Below are positions 37,516 to 51,854 of a DNA stretch of 64,000 nucleotides, piece by piece. Where the stretch lies: positions 66,898,001 to 66,962,000 of the forward strand of contig OX597820.1 in NCBI GenBank assembly GCA_951406725.2. The letters run 5' to 3'. Each line of letters opens with the position of its first letter. Position 1 is the stretch's first letter. The DNA is from Octopus vulgaris. Its lineage: Eukaryota. A model generated the notes under the pieces. That model made no database searches and was not told the origin of the DNA. It saw nothing but the letters and a program-made list of their open reading frames with translations. Position numbers and translations under genes: made by a program.

Positions 37516-38862
37516 ATTCTATGCTAGAGAATAGATTTGTTTTTATTACATTAGTTTATGGGCGATACTTTCCTTTAGTCAACCTTTATTGCCGTCTTTG
37601 TTGGATTCAATTATAAACAACACACTTTTCATCACTTGTAATGATTCTAGTCTTATAGGTCTGACAACAAGTTTATTCTTCAATGAAGGGTAAAGGGCAA
37701 CTCTTTGCTAAATCTAAGAAGCGGACAGTTGATGAGAGATCCACTGACCAAATTTAGACATTTTTCCTACTTCATGGAGATGTTTTAAGATCATGAACTG
37801 TTTTTCTAATTATTGTGCTTTGGATTTTCCTTAACTACAGTTTTCAGAGGCTAAATATTTATAGAATTTGTTCAAAGGGAATCTGCAAGAGAAAACTTTC
37901 TCATGCAAAACTGACCAAACCATCATTGGCATGTCCAGACACTTAAAACTTCATTCCATTAGACAGACTGCAAATTTCTTGCTGTTTCAATTGCTAAAGA
38001 GTCCCTTTTGAATTCATACAGCATCAAGTGTCTGATATGGGTTTGACCTAAACTTGTTTTTTAAAGTACAAAATTGATATGAATTTAACTGCCATGGTTT
38101 AAAGCAGGGGTTCTCAAACTTTTTGGACTACTGCTGCCCACCCTCATGGCCACATAACACCCTCAGCGTCCCCACCCCTATTTTTATGAATAAATAAATA
38201 TTTTATATTTATATATATATATATATATAATAATTATTATTATTATTATTCAGTAGTCTTATTATTATTACTTTAATTCAAAGCTGATGATATATATATA
38301 TATCCCTCTTCTCTTTCTATCCTTATTTCTGTCACAATCTCCTTCCTCCTCTCCCTCCCTCCACAAAATAATATTCACATTTGCTTTATCCCTATTTTCC
38401 CTATTTCTCGTCAACTCCTGTACTTATACAATATATTTACATATATCTCTACCCACCCAACACTCCTGATAATCCCCTATCTTCTGCAAAATTATACTTG
38501 CGTCAATCCACTCACCTAATAATCCTTTATCTATCACAAAAATAATATATCTGAGATAATCCCCATTCTCCATAAAATAATATTTATATAATAATTCCTC
38601 CAGCCTTCATCTAATCTTCTATATTCTACAAAATTGCATTTACAGCTATTTCCCCCAACCCACTGTAAATTTTTCTAGCCCACCCCACAAGTATATGACA
38701 TCTAAAACATACACATTCTCTCTCTCCCTTTTTCTTTCCTCTTCTCTTTCTTTATGTATATGTGTGTGTGCATGCATATAGCTACAGGAATGGCTGCGTG
38801 GTTAAGAAGCTTGCTTTGCAATCACATGGTTTCTGGTTCAGTTCCACTGTATGGAAGCTTGT

Positions 38863-38916
<54 letters not shown>

Positions 38917-39677
38917 TATATCAAGGAATACCAGACAAGCCACCCATACCTGGATACAACTCACTCAACAAGAACTCACTACTTGAATGGACCATAATAC
39001 TACAAAACTTGACTTAAAAAGGATTCAGATAATCCTATCAGGTGGTGCTATTAAGTTAGACATGGCCTGGACCAATCTTTGGTCAAAACATATCTAAGTT
39101 TATATATATATATATGTATGTATGTATGTATATACTGGTAGTTTTGTAGTTTTAATTTTGGTTGTAAAATGAAACAATTGTAGGTGAATATGTTAATTAA
39201 TTAATAAATTAATTTGTATTAATTAGATCTCTCCATTTTCATGTGTGTATAAATGCATGTGTGTGTGTCTTTGTTTCTATGTACATCCCCTCCCCTGGCT
39301 GGCAACCAATGCTGGTTTGCACCCTCAGCTTAGGAGCTCCAACAAAAGAGACCAATAGAATAAGTACCAGGGGTCAGTTTGTTTGACTAAACCCTTCAAA
39401 AAGATGGTGCTCCATGTGACCTGCAGTCCAATGACTGAAACAAGTAAAATATTAAGATAACTGTTGCATCTTGTCACTTCTTACTCACCCCTTATTCTTC
39501 TACCCTGACTTTAGATCCTTATATTCAGTCTTCTCGCCAGTCACAACCTCCCAAAATAGACCCCTATTTTTAAGCCTCTCACAGCCACCAGCAATATCAT
39601 GAAAAAAAAAAAGTTTTTTTTCTTTTTGTTAGTTATTTTTTGGTTTTTGTTCATGTTCCTTTTTTTATTTTTTGCAG

Positions 39678-39911
39678 ATGGATTCTATATGACAGCCATT
39701 GTAAAGATATTTATTCAGGACATTAATGACAACATACCAGAGTTTTATCCCCTACAATATAACACGAACCTTGACAAGGATACCCCACCTGGTACAACCG
39801 TCATCACTGTGCAGGCCACTGACAAAGATACAGCCAAGTCTTACGGAGATGTTGGCTACAGCTTTCTTTCTGGCAATGGAGCCAGTTATTTTCACATTTA
39901 CCCCAGAAGCG
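39678..39911 (+). CDS. ds: Dachsous-like cadherin exon B (DGFYMTAIVKIFIQDINDNIPEF...YPRS), phase 1 to 1
   Basis: Acceptor ttttttgcag|ATGGA, donor AGCG|gtgagt. DINDN motif; in frame with exon A. Confidence 0.93.
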
Positions 39912-40589
39912 GTGAGTCTCATCAGAATGGTTCTACTTTGAAAGATAGAATTTAAGTTTCTAATTTGCATATACCCTTTTTCTTTTGTAAAATCTGCATT
40001 CAGCTTGTTTGATTGGTTGGATGGATTATGGAATAGAGAGAGAGAGAGAGTCATGCTAAAATGGTAGAACCATTAAAGCATAAGAAAAATGTCTTGCAAT
40101 ATGTGTTCCAGCTGTTTATATTCTGAGGTCAACTTCCATGGATTGATCATATAAAATACCAGTAATGTGCTAGGGTTGATGGTATCGACTGCTTTCTGCC
40201 CCTTAACTTAACATTGCTAGCCTTGCACCTAAATCATAAATCATTATTCTTGTTATTATTCAACTTGATAGTGAGCTGACATAATCATTACTGTGGCAGG
40301 CAAAATGCTAAGTGGAATTTTGTCTGTCTTCGTGTTCTGAGTTCAAATTCCACTGCAGTCAACTTTGCCTTTCAGGGTCAATGAAATAAGTACCAGTTGA
40401 GTACTGGGCTCAATGTATTCAACTATTCCCCTCCCCCAAATTTCAGGCCTTGCACCTATAGTGGAAAGGATTATTCAACTTAACTCAGGATTGATCAAAT
40501 TCCTCATAAAATTTATGTGGCTAGCAAGTTACTACTCTATAACCTTAGATCTCCACATGACTTCAATAAGCCATCAACTACTCAAAACC

Positions 40590-40882
40590 CTTCTTTGGGG
40601 TTTGGATAATTCACCTTTGGAAATATGGATGTTTCATTCGACATCCTTAAACAACCCTTATTCAGGAAGCTTTTGAGTAGGATGGGCTACTTGACATGAA
40701 TAAAATTCTAATTGGGCCCCACCTGCAAAATCATGCACTGTTTAACTTAATATGAGAACAACATGTCGTGCACATATGGTTGTGGTGCATGTACTTGATG
40801 TACCCTTATCAGACAGGGTATGTTGGGCCTCATATATTTTACCCCAGTGTCACTTTGATGACATGCATGGCTCTCTCACTCA
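40590..40882 (+). mobile_element. 3' half of the ~560-bp element
   Basis: ttctttggggtttggataattcacctttgg...gctctctcactca matches 55514-55816. Confidence 0.78.
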
Positions 40883-40971
40883 GTAAGTACCAATAAGTAC
40901 TCAATGATGATAATAATATTAATAATAATAACATCAACAACATAGTCATAACAACAATTTTTTCTTTTCAG

Positions 40972-41214
40972 GTGTCATTATACTTGCAAAGCGCCTCTCT
41001 ATGGCACCAAGATCTTTCACTCTAAAGATTACTGCAGTTGATGGAGAAGGCCTGCGGTCACTTCAGCCAGCTGTAGTGACGGTCAGCATTCCAGACCGAA
41101 ATGTGCCTGTACCAATCTTTACACTTAACAAATATAGCTTTTCTGTGTCGGAAGCGAAAGGCAGAGGGACGGAGGTTGGCCAGGTCCATGCTTCCATTTC
41201 AAGTTCTGCTCATG
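40972..41214 (+). CDS. ds: Dachsous-like cadherin exon C (GVIILAKRLSMAPR...SSSAH), phase 1 to 1
   Basis: Acceptor ttcttttcag|GTGTC, donor CATG|gtatgt. TAVDGEG and YSFSVSE cadherin motifs. Confidence 0.92.
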
Positions 41215-41759
41215 GTATGTTGAATTTTGCTGTCACCATCATCATAATCATCATCATCATCATCACCATCATTACCATCACACCATTATTATCATCTTCA
41301 TCACCATTATACCATCTTCGTCAACGTTACCATGACCACTGTACAACCAACCACCACCACCACCATCACCACCATCATCTTTACCATTATGACCTTTATC
41401 ATCACCTTGCTCACACCGATACAAGATCCTCTGCATTCGGTTGGAAACAGGTGGGCCAATGAGGTGTTATCTGTGGACCTCAAACCTTTTCTAAAACTTT
41501 ATTCAAATTTGTGGACCATTGTGCAGTTGACGGCTTTTATGGTGTCTTTTGTGTCACAGCTCGTTTAATTTTTGCTTACAGTAAGGCAGATGGTGGAGAT
41601 ACATAAAGATATTTTCGTATGTAAGATATAATATAATATAATATAATATAATATAAATGTGTATATACATACATAAGTAAGAGATACCATATTTGATGGC
41701 ATAAAAGACATACAGGCATAGTAGACACACCCAAATTTCAACCACCTTATTTTTTTATT

Positions 41760-42170
41760 TATTTCAGTCATTAGATTATGGCCATGCTGGGGCACCACCT
41801 TGATGAATTTTACTCAAATGAATCGACCTCCTATGACTAATTTTTATTGCTATAGCTTGATACTTCTCTTGGTCTCTTTTGCCAAACTGCTAAGTTACAG
41901 GGATGTAAACACACCAACACCAGTTGTCAAGTGGTGGTGGACAAACACAGTCACAGACACTCACACAAACACATACACGCACACACTTGTATATATGTAC
42001 ATACGATGGGCTTCTTTCAGTTTCCATCTATCGAATCCACTCACACGGCTTTGGTCAGCTTGAGGCTATTGTAGAAGACATTTGACCAAGGCACCATGCA
42101 GTGCAGTGGAACTGAGCCCAGAACCATGTGGTTTGAGAAGCAAACTTTTTAACCACACATCCACACATGA
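41760..42170 (-). mobile_element. SINE family 1 copy
   Basis: Diverged reverse complement of family 1. Confidence 0.72.
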
Positions 42171-42910
42171 GCCAGAAAATATTTCTCCAAGCATTAATGC
42201 ATGCAATATAGACCCAACTTGACATATTAGACCTGGGGTAATTTCTCAAACATTTGTTTGGTAAAACAAAAAAAATTATAACTTGTATGCCATCAAATAC
42301 TGTAATTAATATAATTCAAATTACCCATATTGATAAAAATGTTGAGCCAATGACTACACGAAGGCCTTGGAGTTAAGTTACTATAAAAGAAGGTTGATCC
42401 ATAAATTTTATCTGAAATAGAAAATGATACCAAAGAATATTCTGGTTCGGGTGGGGGGGGGTCCTTGTTTGGCTCTAAATGGTTAACTACCCACTGAGGC
42501 ATCTCGTATTAATCCTTCTCTATGCTATTTTTTTCCAAGCTTGTGTTGTATTCTTGTCATTTTTTCGTAATAGATTTTTTATCTGTTTTCCAAACCTGTG
42601 TTGTATTCTTCTTATTTTTTCATAATAGATTTTACATCAGTTTTCTTTCTTTTTGGGTTTTTTTTTTTGTAATTTGTCCATTTTTCATGTGTCACCCTTA
42701 CCACAAAGAAAAGAAAATTATTATCATTATAATTTTTTTTTTTTTTTGTTAACTCATTGTGATTTGGACATGACATTCTGAGATCAAATTTTATTGAAAT
42801 GAATTTGGATGTGTCTTTCATCCTTCTGGATTCAACAGAGCAAAGTACCAGTCAAATACTGGGGGATTGATTTAACCAGCTAACCACTCCCTGCAAATTC
42901 CTGACTAATA

Positions 42911-43456
42911 GGTGTAGGCATGGCTGTGTAGTAAGAAGCTTGCTTCCCAACCACATGGTTCCAGGTTCAGTCCCACTGCGTGGCACCTTGGCCAAGTGTC
43001 TTCTACTATAGCCTCAGGTAAACCAAAGCCTTGTGAGTGGATTTGGTAGATGGAAACCGAAAGAAGCCTATCTTATATATATATATATATATAAATTAAT
43101 CAAAGGACATACTAAGTAATTTTAATCCTTCAGCTATCTAATGCTTTTTTGGGGGCCTGCAGTCACCTATATTATTGATTCTGTTGTTATCATTTTTTTT
43201 AAAAATAGTTATATTGGATAATAACAGAATTAATGATATCTTCGCAAATAAACCTTTCGTGAATTGCCCCCCCTCCCCCCATCACACTTGACATCCAATG
43301 TTGGTGTGTTTTCAGCCTCCGTAAGTTAGCGGTTCGGCAAAAGTGTCCAATAGAATAAGTACCAGGCTTACAGAGAATAAGTCCTGGAGTCAGTTTGTTA
43401 GAATAAAGGTGGTGCTCCAGCATGGCTGCAGTCAAATGACTGAAAATAGTAAAAGA
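42911..43456 (+). mobile_element. SINE family 1 copy, interrupted in its central microsatellite
   Basis: Head at 42911-43075, tail at ~43280-43456. Confidence 0.72.
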
Positions 43457-43486
43457 ATACCAAGAATGAACAAAACTGTTTTATAA

Positions 43487-43546
<60 letters not shown>

Positions 43547-44042
43547 TACTACTACTACTATTATTATTAAGAAAGCAAGATGTGGAAATCATTAGCATAT
43601 AAAAAAAATACTCAGTGGCATTTTTTAGGGTCCTTTACCTTCTGAGATCAAATTTTGCCGAGGTTGACTTAGCCTTCATACTTTCTGAGTTAATGAATAT
43701 GAAATAAGTACTAGTTGAATATTGGAGTCGATGTAATTGATTTTCCCCCATCGACGCCAACAGCTAAAACTGCTGGCCTTGTGCCAAGATTTGACACCAT
43801 TTTTATTATCAAAGCCGCAAGCTGGCAGAATCATTAGCATGCCAGGCAAAATGCTTAGCAGCATTTCATCCATCTTTACGTTCTGAGTTCAAATGCTACC
43901 TAGGTCAACTTTGCCTTTCATTCTTTTGAGGTCAATAAAACAAATACCAGTTAAGCACTGGGGGTCGATGTAATTGACTTGCCCCCTCCTCTGAACTTAC
44001 TAGTCTTGTACTTATAGTGGAAAGGGTTATTATTATCATTAT

Positions 44043-44603
44043 TGAGTGAGGTAGCAGTGCAAGCCATCAACGTGACACTGAGGTAAAATATACGAAGCCC
44101 AGTATACCCATCATGACTACCAGTCTGATAAGGGTACACTAGGCACATGCATCACAACAATATGTGCACCACCTGGTGATCTCATATCAAGATAAACAGC
44201 GCATGACCTTGCAGGTGGAGCCCAGTTAGAATTTTCTTCTGATCAAGTTGCCCATCCCGCTCAAAAAAGGTCCCTAAATAAAGATTGTTTAAGGATGTTG
44301 AACGAAACACCCATGTTTCCAAAGGTGAATTATTCAAACCCCAAAGAATCTCTCCCAACACATGGCTATGTTGCTCCCCCGCTACTTCTGCTCATGATCA
44401 GTGATGCATATATCATCAGCCAGTAAGGGACATGGTCAACTGGTTAAGGTCAAACAACAGACAAGCAAATCTGCAGTATTGAGCAGAATATTTGCTGTAG
44501 CCCATCTTTTATACCAAGACAAAACAATGTACATGATTACACTTCCAATCAGTTAAGATCAGCAGCCATGAAAGTCACTGCCTGGAACTGCATCAGAGCA
44601 TTT
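44043..44603 (-). mobile_element. ~560-bp element, inverted copy
   Basis: Reverse complement of 55260-55816. The spurious peptide MCLVYPY.TGSHDGYTGLRIFY is shared in the ORF track. Confidence 0.82.
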
Positions 44604-45150
44604 ATCATCATTAGGAAGAATGGTCAGAATAAAAGGACCAATTCTGAGTGTGCACCTGTAAAAAAAAAGGAGAAAGGCTCTTGCCCTGTTGTTCAGGCTT
44701 TTGTGGGTTTTCCACGAGGACCTTGAAGCGCCTCCCCTATTGGGAGTTTTAATTTGTTCAATTTTTATTGTTATTACATTGGGTACATGCGTAAAACCCA
44801 TTGTATTGTCCTGTTTTTGTCCTTAATGTTGTTATATGTCATTTAATGTTTTGTATGTAAGCCCTTGTGGCCAATAAAATAATTTATTATCATTATTATT
44901 ATTATTATTATTATTAAGACTGCAAGATGGCAGAATCATTAGCCTGTCAAACTAAATGCTTAGTATCATTTCTTGCGGCTCTTTACGTTCTGAGTTCAAA
45001 TTCTGCCAAGGTTGATTTCGCCTTTCTTCCTTTTGGGGTCAGTGAAATAAGTACTATTTGAACACTGAAGTCAATGTAATTGATTTACCCAACCATCAAC
45101 AACTAAAATTGTTGGCCCTCCACCAAAATTTGGAATCATCATCATCATCA

Positions 45151-45210
<60 letters not shown>

Positions 45211-46309
45211 TTATTATCATTGTTATTATATTTATTATTATTATATATGTTCACTGTTTGGTCTTCAATTTTTGGCCTTGTAAGCTTTATTTTTTTTTTT
45301 AAATGTTACTCCCCTGTGTCTTTAAATTGAATCAAACCTTGTTTTTTGCCTCCTGGGACAAGAGACATTTATCATTTCATTCATTCACAATGCCTCGCTA
45401 AAAATAGGTGTCTCTCCTGCTTCATGATTGAGTGGGGTAATGGGAGTGGTGGAGTGGGGGGTATTGCACAAGGCAGTCATCCAAACTGTAAACCACCACC
45501 ATCACCACAACAACAATAACAACAAACAAAGAACAGTGACAAAAGTAATGACATACCTCCATCAGTGCAGAACACTTGTAATAGTGGTGGAGGTGGTGGT
45601 GGTGGTGGTGGTGGTGGTGGAAGTGGTGGCAGCAGCAGCAATAATAATAATGATCATGATGATAATAATAATAATAATAATAATAATATTGTTCCAGTAA
45701 TGTTTAAAACATCCAAAATTTGCAAACCAGAAAGAAAAGAAAAAGAGAAAAAAAACTGAAGGCAGGAAAAAAATTGGAAAAAAAAAAATGGCATAAGAGA
45801 TAAAAGAAACCATTCCATACATGTCATGTTAAAAAGATGGATAGCAATAGCACACACACACATACACACATACATGTGCACATGCACACATACTCACATG
45901 TGCACACAAGCTCATATTCAAATACATGCACAAACACAAACACACAGAAACAAGATCACGCTGAAATATACACACATTCACAAACATACATGCACATGCA
46001 CACACACTCATTCTTAAATATATATACATATATGAACTCATAAAACACATTCATATACATGCACACAAACACATACTTACACACTTACATACATAATGCA
46101 GTGTGCTTGAGAGAAATTAAGGAACCACCCAGGAATTTTCTTAATATTTTAACACTGACTTCTGCGAAAGAAAGATTATTTACACTCGGTTTCCAACTTG
46201 CTGATGAGAATTCGAGGAAATAGTTTCAAAATAACTCTTCACAAAATACAGGCTTTGTGCATGGGTGGGTAGGTAGGTAGGTAGGTAGGTAGGTAGGTAG
46301 AGAGATAGG

Positions 46310-46368
<59 letters not shown>

Positions 46369-46485
46369 ACAAGCAGATAGGCAGGCAGGCAGGCAGACAG
46401 ACAGATAGATAGACAGATAAATAGATAAATGGATAGATAGACAGACAGATAGATAGACAAAAAGACAGGTAGATAGGCAGACAGA

Positions 46486-46517
<32 letters not shown>

Positions 46518-46787
46518 TAAATACATAGATAGACAGCAGACAGACACATAGACTGATAGACAGACAGATAAATACATAGATAGACAGACAGACACATAGA
46601 TAGATAGACAGACAGATAGATAAATAGATAGACAGACAGACAAACAGAATCAGATTTCAAAAACCTATTGGCCCATGAACTCTTAAAAATATTTTTAAGA
46701 GGGTTTTGGGATCTGACAATACACCATAAAGCTAAACTCTTTATGGACAGGAAACCTAAGGTAATCCCATAAACCAACCTTCACCCT

Positions 46788-46850
<63 letters not shown>

Positions 46851-47047
46851 AGAGTTTACGAAAAAAAACAAAAGACAAAGACAGGTGGTGTACAAAACAA
46901 ACAGATGTATTAGTATATTGCTCAGGAATAGAATATATATATAGATAGATATTTAGGTAAAACTTACTTGGAAAAGGATGCGTGACGTTCGATCATATAA
47001 TAATATAAATAATATATAAATATATACATATAGGATATGTATATATA

Positions 47048-47100
47048 CAGGATTCCTGGCTTTCACCCAGGCGGCCCGGGTTCGATTCCCGGCATGGGAA
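47048..47100 (+). pseudogene. 5'-truncated tRNA-Glu(TTC) copy
   Basis: CAGGATT-CCTGG-CTTTCAC-CCAGG-CGG-CCCGG-GTTCGATTC-CCGG-CATGGGAA. Anticodon stem with TTC at 47062-47064, intact T-arm/B-box and 3' acceptor strand. The 5' ~20 nt (acceptor 5' strand, A-box) are missing and there is no CCA. Confidence 0.85.
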
Positions 47101-48417
47101 CGCTTATTTAAATGGCAGTGCCCCAGCATGGCCACAGCTCATTAGCTGAAACTGGAAAAATCAAAATCAAAATCAATCATATATACATACATATATGTAC
47201 ATATACATATAGATGTAGGTATGTACATATATGTATGTATATATGCATATATTCATATATTATTTATATTATATATACAATGTGTATGTGTGTGTATGTA
47301 TGCATGTTTGTGTGTGTGTGTGTGTATATATATATATAAACATATACATATATACACTCATATATATTTTCTACCTTTTACTTGTTTCAGTCATAAGACT
47401 GTGGCCATGCTGGGGCACCACCTTGAAGGGTTTAATCAAACAAATTGATCTCAGTACTTTCCTTCTTCTTTTTCTAAGCCTGGTACATATCTCGTACAGT
47501 CTCTTTATTTTTTAATGAATTACTTAGTTACAGCAATGTAAACAAACCATCACTGGTCATCAAACAGTGGTGGGGTGGGGGGGACAAACACAAAGACAAA
47601 TATATATCACCAACATCATCATTGTCATTTAACGTTTGTCTTCCATGCTGGCATGGGTTGGATGATTTGACAGGAACTGGCGAGCCAAAAGGACTGCCCC
47701 AGGCTTCACTATCTATTTTGGTTCCTGGCATGGTTTTTACAGTTAGATGCCCTTCCAAATGCCAACCACTTGTCTGTTAGTCGGATCCGATCGTTCTACA
47801 ATAGTCGTATTTATCCCTCTTGCAACCTAACTCTGATCCATCGCCATCTTCCATCTACTTCATCTCTAATTTCCTCCATCTTTGGGCAGCCAATTTCTAT
47901 AACAATGTTCTCATTAGCAATTATATTCCATCAATACTTCCAGGGTGAGAAGTAGCCCCCACTCTTCACCAAGATCTCTTCTACTATATTGAACACTTGT
48001 TCTTACATCTGTCTTTTTTTTTGTGTTACTCCATGATGTGTGTATATGTGTCCACATGTATGTATATGCTGTTTTTTTGTGTAGATGGAGGTAGCCTTAT
48101 ACAAGTCTGATAGTTTGTATGTGTGTACTTGTGTATGCACGAGTAGCCCATTTATATATACAACTATTTTCATATACACACAATAAATATAAACATACTT
48201 TGTACGTATATATATATATATAAACGTATACATGTATGCACGTTTATATGTGTGTATAAGTTTATTGTGATTAGACATATAAAGTTAAAAGATGTTTGGA
48301 AATTTTTTTTTAATATTTGTATATTCAATATTTATGCACATACACACATATAAATACACACACACTCACATATAAATACATAAACATACATACATACATA
48401 CATACATACATACATAA

Positions 48418-48466
<49 letters not shown>

Positions 48467-48934
48467 AATACACACACACACACACACATATATGCAGATG
48501 TGTGTGTAATTTGTATTTCATTTGTAATTGATATTTTCAAATGATACAGACACACAATATATATATGCAAGCAAGCATACACACAAACACAAACACACAC
48601 ATATATATATATATGTATATACATATCCATAGACACATTCATGCATGCCTGTATCCAACCATACCCACACACACACACACACACACAGACATATACATAC
48701 TCACACACACATACACATACATATTTGTGTCGAATCAATGATGAAGCAACAGGAATTCTATAAAACTAATAAGACTCAACTCACACATACACCCAAAGAC
48801 ACACACACTTACACACGCATCCATGTACATACCTACATACGACACATACCCATTTTGCTCTTCATCCTTATCATCACCGTTTACACTCACTTTGCCTTTT
48901 CAAAGAAAAAATAAAAAGAAAACCTGTCCTCACC

Positions 48935-48986
<52 letters not shown>

Positions 48987-50174
48987 CATCACCAGTGAAT
49001 CTGGGGTGGAGACAGAACCTTTGATGTACTCATTAGGATGTTTTTTATGGAAAGTTTTAAAGAATCTGTATTGATATATAATGGTTATGTGAAATATATA
49101 GTAATGAAGACATGATAGGCAGACAGACAGACTGACAGGAAGAAAGAAAGAAATAAAGAGAGGGGGAAGGGTGAGTGGGAAGAAGGAGGAAAGAAAAGAT
49201 GGGAGGAATGAATGAATGTATCTTGGAAGGAAAATAGAAATGAAGGAATGAAAGGCAAAATAAAGGGTGGAAGGAAGAAAGATAAAGAAAAGAAGGAGAA
49301 GATGGAAGAAGGCAGGAAGGAAAGAAAATGGAAAGAATGGAGAGTGAGCAGAGTGAAAGAAGGGAGAAAGAAAATTTGGGAAAAAAGCAGGGAAAGAAAT
49401 CTGGCCAAAAGTGAAGGGAGGAAAACAAGGTTCCCTGTTCCAGAATAGCAGAGCCAATGGTTTTCAAGACAGAAGCAGAAGTGAAGAGCAGCAACTAGCA
49501 TCATCATCCTCCTCACCACCACCATCATCATCACCACCACCATCACTATCATCACCACCACCACCATCATCACCACCACCATCATCATCATCATCACAGT
49601 CAATATTATTTTGTAGAAATAATCGAAGAAAGTATTTGCTGAAATAAGATCTGGCTTTTGGTAGTGGGGTCGGGTGGGGTGGGGGACACACACATGAAGT
49701 GGACATTCTTTTATTGGTCCCTTCATGTAACCAATTCAAAGACAGGAGATAATGTTGGCTGCAGTATTTGCTTGGTATATTATTAATCAATACTGAAAAG
49801 GATAAAAAAAAAAAACAAGAAAAAAAAAGGCCGTGTTGACCTTAGCAGGATTTGAACTCAGTGAACGAGATGAAATCCTGCAAGGCATTCTATACCCAAC
49901 AGTTTAGCATCTCTTGCTAATTCACCATCTTTGATGTTAGCTGAAGAGGTATCAATAACTGAAGATTGATATAGTGAGGATGGGGGGGGGGAGCTAGGGT
50001 GGAGGGGGGGGTTACCTAATTACATTGCAACATGTTAGGTTCTTATGATGATAGCACAAGTGGTGGTTATAGCATTGGTGGTGGTAGGGTGGTAGCGACG
50101 GCGGTGATAACTGTAGTGGTGGTAGCAGCAGTGGTGGAGCTAATGGTTTTGGTACTGGTTACATACTGTAGTTA

Positions 50175-50214
<40 letters not shown>

Positions 50215-50382
50215 TGTGATGGTGGTTGTATAACAATAATATATCACATGCATGGATATCAGATTGTGGTATATCCACATACAGATATATATATATCTTT
50301 TTTCCCCCGTTATTGATTATCAACATCTGCTCCTCATCATCATAACAATGATAATAATGTTACCATTTTCCTCATATTTCAG

Positions 50383-50549
50383 CTATTTTGTACTCCATTG
50401 TATCCGGAGATCGATTAAGTCTGTTCCGCATCAATTCCACTAGTGGGATGATATCTGTTGCTAACCCACTCGACCATGACACTTTGCCTAGTGTCCTGTT
50501 GAATATCCAGGCTGCTTCTGGGAATCCTGCTGTCTTTGGAACAACCCAG
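50383..50549 (+). CDS. ds: Dachsous-like cadherin exon D (AILYSIVSGD...FGTTQ), phase 1 to 0
   Basis: Acceptor catatttcag|CTATT, donor CAG|gtaagt. YSIVSGD, FRINSTSG and LDHD motifs. Confidence 0.92.
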
Positions 50550-50645
50550 GTAAGTTTCCATACATCCTAAATATTTGTTGTGTTATCTCCAATGAAACCT
50601 TGCCCACTTTATACATATCAACACCATCTTCACAACACTGCTCAC

Positions 50646-50678
<33 letters not shown>

Positions 50679-50810
50679 TATAATTATAAACATAATTATA
50701 ATCAGGGGTCAGCTAATTGCTTCACCACGCACCGAATTTAGAAATAGGTGTTTAAAATGCCTTTTCTGGTACTATGAAGATGTTCCAGCTGACTCCTGAT
50801 TGTAATTATT

Positions 50811-51229
50811 TCTCTTTTTCTCTTTCTCTTTTCCTTGTTTCAGTCATTTGACTGTGGCCATGCTGGAGCAACGCATTTAGTCGAGCAAATCGACCCCGGG
50901 ACTTATTCTTTGTAAGCCCAGTACTTATTCTATCGGTCTCTTTTGCCGAACCGCTAAGTGACGGGGACGTAAACACACCAGCATCGGTTGTCAAGCAATG
51001 CTAGGGGGACAAACACAGACACACAAACACACACACATACACACCCATATATATATATATATATACGACGGACTTCTTTCAGTTTCCATCTACCAAATCC
51101 ACTCACAAGGCATTGGTCGGCCTGGGGCTACAGCAGAAGACACTTGCCCAAGATGCCACGCAGTGGGACTGAACCCGGAACCATGTGGTTGGTTAGCAAG
51201 CTACTTACCACACAGCCACTCCTGCGCCT
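50811..51229 (-). mobile_element. tRNA-derived SINE family 1, young full-length copy
   Basis: Nearly identical reverse complement of 9526-9925. Confidence 0.87.
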
Positions 51230-51854
51230 ATATGTTTATAATTATAGAATATTTGCATAATTTTACCTAAAAAAGGTTATTTTAATATACAGAACTACTT
51301 GGTAAATTTATTAATTATTAATTAATTAATTGATTAATTTTACCCTTTTATTATTATTATTGAAATATATATATATATATATATATACTTCAATCAGAGG
51401 TGAATCCATAAACACATATAAAACATCCAAGGGTATAATTTTCTCCCTCTGAAGATATTATACTCAGGTCATATAAATTTTATATTTACTTAATATTTAT
51501 TAAGTATTAATTGAAACAGCTGAAACACCAATCAGTTTACAGAGTGTACTAAGTGCTTTTCACGTGGTGCCAGCACAGGAACTTTTTACTTGGAAAGAGA
51601 TCACAAGAGTGAGAGCAACACCATTCTCCTAAAACTGCCCACATACATACACACACATTTATGTAACGCCCATCATATTAATACCATGTGCATTATATGG
51701 CAATGCCTTTTTTCACAGCATATGTACACCCGTGTCATTTTTACAACACTGTACACACACACGTATTTATATCAATGCCATTTTAGACTCTGAATATTTT
51801 TCTCATGTACCTACCAATTCTATTATTTCATCATTTCCTCTTTATTTCTCACAG

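Noticed and set aside
46195-46240. CTGATGA...GAAA hammerhead candidate (also 51449-51525)
   Set aside because: No compatible stem I/II pairing or cleavage triplet.
47048-47100. Functional tRNA-Glu gene
   Set aside because: The 5' acceptor strand, D-arm 5' half and A-box are absent.
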